Shown here in pieces: positions 56,755 to 63,069 of a stretch of DNA of 63,069 nt. Source of the DNA: Rhodospirillales bacterium (GTDB lineage Bacteria; Pseudomonadota; Alphaproteobacteria; CACIAM-22H2). Numbering within the stretch: the first letter of the stretch is position 1; each line of letters opens with the position of its first letter. The stretch spans positions 154,287 to 217,355 of the forward strand of contig CANFCX010000001.1 in assembly GCA_947445225.1 (NCBI GenBank), read 5' to 3'. Under the pieces are notes generated by a model that was given only the letters and a program-made list of their open reading frames with translations, had not been told where the DNA came from and searched no databases. Position numbers and translations under genes: made by a program.

Positions 56755-57735
56755 TCAGGCCGGATAGGCGCCGGCGATCTGGGCGCGTTGGCGCACCAGG
56801 GCGAGCACGATGTCCATGGAAGGCGTAGGAATGTCGACAAGCCGCGCCATTTCGACGACGCCGCCGAGCAGGGCGTCGATCTCCATGGGGCGCCCACGCT
56901 CCAAATCCTGGAGCATGGAGGTCTTATGTTCCCCGACCTCGGCCGCCCATTTGATGCGGGTATCGACGTCGACTGGAAATTTGACGCCCAGTTTCCGCGC
57001 CACCGCTTCGGCCTCGACCATCATCGCGCGCACGATCGCGCGGGTCTCGGGATCGGTGGCGATGCGGACAAGTGTGCCGTGAGTTAACGCGCTGACCGGG
57101 TTGAAACTCAAATTGCCCCACAGCTTGAGCCAGATATCGTCGCGGATGCGCGGGCGCACGGGCGATTTGACACCGACGCGGGTCAACGCCTCGGCCAGTT
57201 TGGCCACCCGCGGCGAGCGCGATCCATCCGGCTCGCCCAACATGAAACGGTCGCCTTCGATATGTTTGACGACACCCGGCTCGACGATCTCCGCCGCTGG
57301 ATAAACGACGCAGCCGATGACGCGGGCAATCGGGATCGCCGCAGTCAGCTTTCCCTCGGGGTCGAGGGTGTTCAACCGGCGGTCCTTCCATGGTCCCTCG
57401 AAACCCTGAAAGTACCACCACGGCACCCCGTTCATCGCGGTGACCGCGGCCGTTTCGGACCCGAACAGCGGCCGCATCGCGTCGATCGCGGGCGGCACCG
57501 AATGGGCCTTCAGGGTGATGATGACGTAGTCCTGCGGTCCGGCCTCGGCGGGATCGGCGGTACAGAAGGGGTGGCAGACCAAGGTATCGCCGCCGCTGAT
57601 AAGGGTGAGGCCATTGGCCTTCATCGCGGCGAGATGCGGCCCGCGCGCGATCAGGGTCACGTCGGCGCCGGCCAGCGCCAGCTTGGCGCCCAGATAGCCG
57701 CCGATGGCGCCGGCGCCATAGACGCAAATCTTCAC
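56755..57735 (-). CDS. panE: 2-dehydropantoate 2-reductase (ApbA/PanE family)
   Basis: MKICVYGAGAIGG Rossmann N-terminus and a family-typical C-terminal domain. GTG start overlaps the upstream stop as GTGA. Confidence 0.75.
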   Translation of the reverse strand: MKICVYGAGAIGGYLGAKLALAGADVTLIARGPHLAAMKANGLTLISGGDTLVCHPFCTADPAEAGPQDYVIITLKAHSVPPAIDAMRPLFGSETAAVTAMNGVPWWYFQGFEGPWKDRRLNTLDPEGKLTAAIPIARVIGCVVYPAAEIVEPGVVKHIEGDRFMLGEPDGSRSPRVAKLAEALTRVGVKSPVRPRIRDDIWLKLWGNLSFNPVSALTHGTLVRIATDPETRAIVRAMMVEAEAVARKLGVKFPVDVDTRIKWAAEVGEHKTSMLQDLERGRPMEIDALLGGVVEMARLVDIPTPSMDIVLALVRQRAQIAGAYPA

Positions 57736-59270
57736 GGCGCGAGGCCCAGTTTCGCGGCCAACCCGATGCGTTGGAGCTTGCCGGTCGCACCCTTGGGGAT
57801 TTCCGCCAGGAACACGATCTTGCGCGGCACTTTGAAATCGGCGAGGCGCTTGGCCGCGAAATCCCGCAGCTCGCGTTCATTCGCCTGCTGCCCCTCGCGC
57901 AGGACGATCGCGGCGCCGACTTCCTCTCCCAACTTGTCGTGGGGAATGGCGAAGGTAACAACCTGGGCCACAGCCGGATGGTCCATCAACACCTCGTCGA
58001 CCTCGCGCGGGGAAATCTTTTCGCCGCCCCGGTTGATCAGCTCCTTGATGCGGCCGGTGATGGTCAAATACCCTTCATGGTCCAACACACCCTGATCGCC
58101 GGTGCGAAACCAGCCATGGGTGAAATTGGCGGCATTGGCGCCCTCATTGTTGTGGTAGCCGGCGGTGACGTTGGGGCCGCGAATGACAATTTCGCCGACC
58201 CCGCCGCGCCCGAGCAACCCACCGCCTTCGTCCATGATCGCCACCTCCGGCCCCGCGGCCACGCCCACCGATCCGGGCTTGCGCGCCTGCGGCGGCAGCG
58301 GGTTGGATGTCATCTGATGCGACGCCTCGGTCATGCCATAGGATTCGATGACCGGCGCGTTGAACGCGGCCTCCAATTCGCGCATCACGCTGGGCGGCAG
58401 CGAGGCGGAGGACGAACGGATGAAACGCAGCCGGCTGTTGGCGATGATCTCCGGGTTACGTCCGGCGCGGGACAGGATGGCCTGATGCATCGTCGGCACC
58501 GCCGTGTACCAGGTCGGGTTCGCCTCGGCGATCCAAGCGAAGAATTTGAGCGCGTTGAACCCCGGGGTGCAAAACACGCTGCCTCCGGCCGCGAGCGAGG
58601 CCGAAACCGCCGCGACCAGCCCATGGATATGGAAAAGCGGCATGATGTTGAGGCACCGATCCGTGGGGCCAAGGCGCAGGGTGCGCCCGATCGCCCGCGC
58701 CGAGGCCGCCAGATTGGCGTGTGTCAACGGCACCTGTTTGGGCCGCGAGGTGGTCCCCGATGTGTGAAGCACCAACGCCACGTCGCCCGCCGTCGCGGCC
58801 CCGGCCACGCGCGCGCCGGGCTTGGCGGCTGGATCGGTCGTGGTTCGCTCGATCGTGAATTGCCCGGCATGCGCGCCCGGCGGCACGGTCAATTCCAGGA
58901 CCGGAACCCCGCGCGCGACGGCCGCGGCGCGGGCCGGGGTATCGTCGCCGCGAGCAACGACGAGGGCGCGGGCATCGAGATCGGTGAGGTAGAAGTCGAA
59001 TTCCTCGGTGCGGTAGCCGGGATTGAGCGGAGCGGTCGCGGCGGCGCCGGCGATGGCGACAAAGGCCGCCGCCATCGCCGGTCCGTTAGGCAGTACGATC
59101 GCGACGCGGTCGTTACGGCCGAGCCCGGCGCGGTTGAGCGCCACGGCGGTTTCGTCGCAAAGCCGGCGCAGCCCGCCAAAGGTCAAATTCGGGCTTTCCG
59201 GCGCGGCAAGGGCGACCGCTTCGGCGGCCCCGAGGTCGATCAAATCGCGCAATGTTTCGGCGTTCGACAT
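57732..59270 (-). CDS. AMP-forming acyl-CoA synthetase/ligase
   Basis: AMP-binding motifs LHTSGTTSRPKQV, YGMTEA, WFRTGDQG and GGEKISP. Confidence 0.85.
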   Translation of the reverse strand: MSNAETLRDLIDLGAAEAVALAAPESPNLTFGGLRRLCDETAVALNRAGLGRNDRVAIVLPNGPAMAAAFVAIAGAAATAPLNPGYRTEEFDFYLTDLDARALVVARGDDTPARAAAVARGVPVLELTVPPGAHAGQFTIERTTTDPAAKPGARVAGAATAGDVALVLHTSGTTSRPKQVPLTHANLAASARAIGRTLRLGPTDRCLNIMPLFHIHGLVAAVSASLAAGGSVFCTPGFNALKFFAWIAEANPTWYTAVPTMHQAILSRAGRNPEIIANSRLRFIRSSSASLPPSVMRELEAAFNAPVIESYGMTEASHQMTSNPLPPQARKPGSVGVAAGPEVAIMDEGGGLLGRGGVGEIVIRGPNVTAGYHNNEGANAANFTHGWFRTGDQGVLDHEGYLTITGRIKELINRGGEKISPREVDEVLMDHPAVAQVVTFAIPHDKLGEEVGAAIVLREGQQANERELRDFAAKRLADFKVPRKIVFLAEIPKGATGKLQRIGLAAKLGLAP

Positions 59271-59395
59271 GCGGCCACCCTACTACGCGCTCCTGGAGTT
59301 CCACGCAACGGGCGCGAAGCCCGCAAGAGCCTAGGCGTTTCGATACCGTGTTAACGTCTGCGGAGTGGGACGATTGGGCGAAACCAGCCACCCGG

Positions 59396-59419
59396 GCGCG
59401 CGGCCTTGTGGCCGCGCAC
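59396..59419 (-). terminator. GC hairpin downstream of the lipoprotein gene (candidate terminator)
   Basis: GCGCGGCC-TTGT-GGCCGCGC (59398-59417), extendable with a G-U pair. Weak U-tract. Confidence 0.35.
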
Positions 59420-59438
59420 GCGGAGCCGTCCGGCGGTC

Positions 59439-60713
59439 TTAGCGGACGAAGATTTGGACTTCGTTGACCTGGACCGAGGTGCTGGTCGTGGCGGATAGGC
59501 CAACGCGATCGGGCGGCAGACCCATATCCGTGAGCGACCGCATCACGGTTTCGGCGTTGCGTCGCGACGCTGTCGAATTTTGCGCCAGTTCCGCGGCCGA
59601 TCCGCGCGCGGGCGCAACGGCGACGAGATCGAAGGCGACGGTCGGCTGCCGCTCCAGGGCGCGGCTGACCGCGGTGTAGAGCGCCTGTTCGTAATCCGGC
59701 CGGGCGCGGTCGAAACGAATGACCACCAGGGGCCGGCGGTCGGCGGCGGGAGCCGTCGGGGCGGCGGCGGCGAGATTGCTGCCGATGCGAGCCCCTGGGA
59801 TCGCCGAGAAGGACCGATTGGCGAGGCTCGCGCCGTAAAGTTCGCCGTTTTTGATGGCCACCGACAGCGCCGTCATGTTGGACCGTTCGTTGCCCAGATA
59901 CGCGCTCTGCCGGCTGACGTCCTCGGACAATTCGCTCAACAGACGATCAACCCCGACGACGGTGCGGTTGACTTCGTCTTCCAGCAAGGCGAGCTGACGG
60001 TGATCTTCCTCGAGCGCGCCAGCGACGCTATAGGCCGCGCGCGTGGATTCGAGCAGATAAGCCGCCACCGAAGCATCGGCCGCCACCTGGCTGGCCAGAA
60101 GATTCATGCGGCTGACTTCGTTGCCGATGCGGTCCAGTTCACCCTGCGCTTGGTCCCATTGGCTGACCAAGATGGGGTTGCCGGGCGTGGTGCCGACCTG
60201 GAGGCGGGCGTTGATGCCGGCGACCAGGCTGTGGAAACGCTGCGCCGTTTGCACCGAATCGGCGCGCAACTGCTGGAGTGCGGCGTTGCGTTGCGCGACC
60301 GAAGCGTTGAGGCGGCCGACTTCCTCGCGCGTCTGTCCAACTTTGGCGCCAACGACGGTGCCGGAGGTCGAGGTAAAGCCGCCAGCCGAAGGCTGCGGCT
60401 GAAACTGGGCCTGGACGGTGGGCTGCGGAGACGGCGGCGGGAACGAGGGCGCCGCCATCACGGTGCCGCTGCTGGATGGAGGCGTGGCCACGCCGGACTG
60501 CACCGGGGCGACCGGGCGCGCCGCGGGCGGCGACGCGAAAGGCTGGCCGACGCGTTCGCCCGGCGAAAGCGGAATTTCGGTTCTGGCGCGCGGCGGCGTA
60601 CGCGGATCTTCACCCGTCAACGTCGGCCACAATGAATCGGCGACGAAAGAACAACCGCCCGCGCCCAACATCAGGGCTAGGGACAGTGAAAAGCGCCGAA
60701 GATGACGGCTCAC
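59439..60713 (-). CDS. Hypothetical lipoprotein: Pro-rich linker, coiled-coil-like middle, degenerate OmpA_C-like C-terminus
   Basis: GTG 60713 lies 9 nt after GGAGGG. Signal with lipobox LGAGGC. C-terminus resembles the OmpA_C layout (ASRRNAETVMRSLTDMGLPPDRV...NEVQIFVR). Confidence 0.5.
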   Translation of the reverse strand: MSRHLRRFSLSLALMLGAGGCSFVADSLWPTLTGEDPRTPPRARTEIPLSPGERVGQPFASPPAARPVAPVQSGVATPPSSSGTVMAAPSFPPPSPQPTVQAQFQPQPSAGGFTSTSGTVVGAKVGQTREEVGRLNASVAQRNAALQQLRADSVQTAQRFHSLVAGINARLQVGTTPGNPILVSQWDQAQGELDRIGNEVSRMNLLASQVAADASVAAYLLESTRAAYSVAGALEEDHRQLALLEDEVNRTVVGVDRLLSELSEDVSRQSAYLGNERSNMTALSVAIKNGELYGASLANRSFSAIPGARIGSNLAAAAPTAPAADRRPLVVIRFDRARPDYEQALYTAVSRALERQPTVAFDLVAVAPARGSAAELAQNSTASRRNAETVMRSLTDMGLPPDRVGLSATTSTSVQVNEVQIFVR

Positions 60714-60965
60714 CGTTCGAATCCCTCCAAAGAAGGCCACATTATTATTAAGGGACACCAGCGCATTAAACCCCCCGCGCCCCCGCAACGATGAGCCATC
60801 ATATTGACTTGCGGCGCTTTTAGTCAAACGCTTAGAGCCGTCCCCGCGAAGTTCGACTCCGGACCGGCGGATCGCCTTTGCCAGGGAAGGCGGCAATGTT
60901 AGTCTCCCGGCCCTTTGGTTTCACAGCGGCCCGCGGCCGCCCGTATCGCGGGAGCGATCGCCCCC

Positions 60966-61910
60966 ATGCAACTGCGCAAACGTATCCTCGTCACCGGCGG
61001 CGCCGGTTTTCTCGGCTCACATCTATGCGAAAGACTGTTGGCCGAAGGCAACGATGTGCTCTGCGTCGATAATTACTTCACCGGCAGCAAGGACAACATC
61101 GCCCACCTTGTCGGCAAGCCGCATTTCGAGACGATGCGCCATGACGTGACCTTCCCGCTCTATGTCGAGGTCGACGATATCTACAATCTCGCCTGTCCGG
61201 CCTCGCCGATCCACTATCAGTTCGATCCGGTGCAGACGACCAAGACCAGCGTTCATGGCGCCATCAACATGTTGGGGCTGGCCAAACGCGTGAAAGCGAA
61301 GATTTTTCAGGCCTCGACCAGCGAGGTTTATGGCGACCCGCATGTCCACCCGCAGACCGAGGATTATCGCGGCAACGTCAATACAGTGGGGCCGCGCGCC
61401 TGCTACGACGAAGGCAAACGTTGCGCCGAAACCCTGTTCTTCGATTATTGGCGGCAACACAAACTGCGGATCCGGGTGGCGCGAATCTTCAACACCTATG
61501 GGCCGCGGATGCACCCTAATGACGGGCGCGTGGTCTCCAATTTCATCGTCCAGGCGCTGCGCGGGGAGCCGATCACGTTGTACGGCAAGGGCACGCAGAC
61601 GCGCGCTTTCTGTTACGTCGACGATCTTATCGACGGGTTTCTCAAGATGATGGCGGCGCCGGACAGCCTGACCGGACCGGTCAATCTCGGCAATCCCGGG
61701 GAATTCACCATCGCGCAATTGGCGGAAACGGTGATTCGGCTCACCGGCTCGCGCTCCAAGACGGTCAACAAGCCGCTGCCCGAGGACGACCCATTGCAGC
61801 GTTGCCCCGACATTTCCCTGGCCAAATCGGCGCTCGGCTGGGAGCCCAAGGTGCCGCTCGACGAAGGGCTCGGCCGCACGATCGCCTATTTCAGGAAAGT
61901 GCTGGCGTAG
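60966..61910 (+). CDS. UDP-glucuronate decarboxylase (UXS-type extended SDR)
   Basis: [18 protein letters not shown] (YxxxK) and a high-similarity UXS pattern ([11 protein letters not shown]). ATG 60966 chosen. Confidence 0.85.
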   Translation: MQLRKRILVTGGAGFLGSHLCERLLAEGNDVLCVDNYFTGSKDNIAHLVGKPHFETMRHDVTFPLYVEVDDIYNLACPASPIHYQFDPVQTTKTSVHGAINMLGLAKRVKAKIFQASTSEVYGDPHVHPQTEDYRGNVNTVGPRACYDEGKRCAETLFFDYWRQHKLRIRVARIFNTYGPRMHPNDGRVVSNFIVQALRGEPITLYGKGTQTRAFCYVDDLIDGFLKMMAAPDSLTGPVNLGNPGEFTIAQLAETVIRLTGSRSKTVNKPLPEDDPLQRCPDISLAKSALGWEPKVPLDEGLGRTIAYFRKVLA

Positions 61911-62521
61911 TAGATTCGCCACGGACGTCGCGGGAGGCGAACATCGACATCGATCGATTCTTCGATTCGGAGTGGGACGAACATCAGGCCACCGTCGCGG
62001 CGACGCGGGCGGCGCTCAAGGAACCATTCGCGCGGCTGGTGCGGCTATGCACGAACTCCATCCGCGGCGGCGGCAAGCTCCTGTTTTTCGGCAATGGCGG
62101 CAGCGCCGCGGATGCCCAGCACCTCGCCACCGAACTGACCGTGCGTTATCGCAAGGACCGGGCGCCGATCGCCGCGATCGCACTCACCACCGATAGCTCG
62201 GCGCTGACCGCCATCGGCAACGATCTCGGCTTCGATCAGTTGTTCGCGCGCCAGGTTCGGGCGCTCGGGCGCAAGGGCGACGTGGCGCTCGCCATCACGA
62301 CGTCGGGCAAGAGTCCGAATATCGTGCTCGCCTTGCAAGCGGCGCGCGAGATGGGCGTGAGCGCCGCGGCTTTCGGGGGCAAGGGCGGGGGCGATCTGCC
62401 GGGGCTGGCCGACCCGCTGTTGATCGTGCCCGCGCAGGCCACGGCGCGGATTCAGGAAATGCACATCACCCTGGGCCAGATGTTGTGCGGCGCGCTCGAA
62501 ATCGAGCTCGGGCTGGCGTGA
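61802..62521 (+). CDS. gmhA: D-sedoheptulose 7-phosphate isomerase (SIS domain); start codon uncertain
   Basis: [16 protein letters not shown] and TTSGKSPN motifs. The only canonical upstream start is TTG 61802, which is 109 nt inside uxs. SD GGGAGG (61932-61937) is followed by ATC at 61943. Confidence 0.8.
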   Translation: MPRHFPGQIGARLGAQGAARRRARPHDRLFQESAGVVDSPRTSREANIDIDRFFDSEWDEHQATVAATRAALKEPFARLVRLCTNSIRGGGKLLFFGNGGSAADAQHLATELTVRYRKDRAPIAAIALTTDSSALTAIGNDLGFDQLFARQVRALGRKGDVALAITTSGKSPNIVLALQAAREMGVSAAAFGGKGGGDLPGLADPLLIVPAQATARIQEMHITLGQMLCGALEIELGLA

Positions 62522-63069
62522 GCGCGGGCCGCGACGCGGTGGACACCGGCGGCGAGCTGTTCGTTTCGTTCGGTCGCGTGAAGGGGACGCGTGTGTTGTG
62601 CGTCGGCGACGTCATGCTCGACCGCTTCCTTTATGGCCATGTCGATCGCGTTTCGCCGGAAGCGCCGATCCCCGTGCTCCGCGTCGACCGCGAAGCCTCG
62701 ATGTTGGGCGGCGCCGGCAATGTCGCGCGCAACCTGGTGGCGCTTGGCGCGCACCCGACCTTCATTTCTGTGGTTGGAGACGATGCCGCCGGTCATGAGG
62801 TGACACGTTTGGTTGGCGCTCTGGAAACCGCGGAACCGCGTTTGCTCGTCGATCGCGGGCGGCCGACCACGATCAAGACCCGCTACGTCGCCGGCGGCCA
62901 ACAGCTTCTGCGCGCCGATCACGAAACGACGGCCCCGGTCTCGGCGGCGGTGGCGGCCGACATCGTGCAATTGGCCGCCGACGCCATCGGCGACTGCCGG
63001 GTCGTGGTGTTGTCCGATTACGCCAAAGGGGTCCTGACCGCCGACGTCGTTTCCGCCATTGTCGCCCGA
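62518..63069 (+). CDS. hldE: D-beta-D-heptose 7-phosphate kinase domain of HldE/RfaE (3' end outside window)
   Basis: Not in the ORF track because it has no stop in the window. My own translation reads [49 protein letters not shown] 62518 overlaps the gmhA stop as GTGA. Confidence 0.8.
   Translation, partial: MSAGRDAVDTGGELFVSFGRVKGTRVLCVGDVMLDRFLYGHVDRVSPEAPIPVLRVDREASMLGGAGNVARNLVALGAHPTFISVVGDDAAGHEVTRLVGALETAEPRLLVDRGRPTTIKTRYVAGGQQLLRADHETTAPVSAAVAADIVQLAADAIGDCRVVVLSDYAKGVLTADVVSAIVAR

Noticed and set aside
60711-60730. GTTCGAATCC, a tRNA T-loop-like string, suggesting a tRNA gene.
   Set aside because: The flanking bases cannot form a T-stem (caccg versus ccctc), and no acceptor or anticodon arms are evident. 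The region instead provides the SD and GTG start of the lipoprotein gene on the other strand.
2776-61922. Many long ORFs antisense to, or out of frame with, well-supported genes. Examples: 2776-3882 +, 5444-6844 +, 11787-13079 -, 13341-14396 -, 16197-17330 -, 19032-20306 +, 21356-22435 +, 23045-24052 -, 32025-33377 -, 34349-35338 -, 37856-39184 -, 43133-45118 +, 47650-48654 +, 50254-51453 -, 51919-53253 -, 57771-59354 +, 59580-60635 + and 61023-61922 -.
   Set aside because: These are typical shadow ORFs of a GC-rich genome. Their translations are Arg/Gly/Ala/Pro/Asp-rich low-complexity sequence with no recognisable motifs, and each lies opposite a gene with clear conserved motifs.
62452-62970. 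172-aa minus-strand ORF at the right edge of the window.
   Set aside because: The plus strand in the same interval encodes an unmistakable HldE/RfaE kinase N-terminus ([12 protein letters not shown]...SPEAPIPVL...[10 protein letters not shown]). That ORF is absent from the track only because it has no stop in the window.
1-63069. Search for CRISPR arrays, IS elements, integrases, prophage remnants, toxin-antitoxin pairs or known defence genes.
   Set aside because: I noticed no direct-repeat/spacer arrays, no transposase, recombinase or nuclease signatures, and no compositional island apart from short AT-rich leaders. The window reads as core chromosome.

Overview
GC-rich chromosomal segment (about two-thirds G+C by eye). 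Gene content and synteny look alphaproteobacterial, possibly Rhodospirillales-like. About 60 densely packed protein genes lie on both strands, and almost all are housekeeping. In order: hslU (partial); a FecCD-type ABC importer; smr; lutABC; mltA, a Tim44-like gene and secB; two dppD/dppF-like ATPases; exoD; two PepSY genes with an OmpR/HK two-component pair; infC-thrS; LPS-core glycosyltransferases; yggS; a porin; leuS-lptE-holA; lepA; pheT-pheS-rplT-rpmI. Then comes the partition cluster mnmE-mnmG-rsmG-parA-parB with two perfect parS sites, followed by panE, an acyl-CoA synthetase and uxs-gmhA-hldE (partial). I recognised no rRNA, tRNA, CRISPR array, transposase, integrase or phage gene. I see no obvious defence island or mobile element. 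The most unusual items are: (1) a TPR-fused PRMT-like (protein arginine methyltransferase fold) gene at 27439-28989; (2) a 623-aa protein at 37442-39313 with PEPCK-like motif order and an HprK-type P-loop, followed by a methyltransferase; (3) a translationally coupled CheY-like receiver plus two tandem paralogous Hpt-like genes at 40065-41724, where the receiver has a duplicated GPDRR tail. There are also several gene-structure anomalies. An in-frame TAG splits a lipoprotein gene. A frameshift sits at a C4 run in the dppF-like gene. infC, and possibly gmhA, appear to use non-canonical ATC starts. A near-consensus sigma-54 promoter precedes a Pro/Ala-rich hypothetical gene. ORF coordinates include the stop codon. 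Many starts were trimmed from the maximal ORF using conserved N-termini, Shine-Dalgarno motifs and 4-nt stop/start overlaps. All family assignments come from motif recognition by eye, not from database searches.
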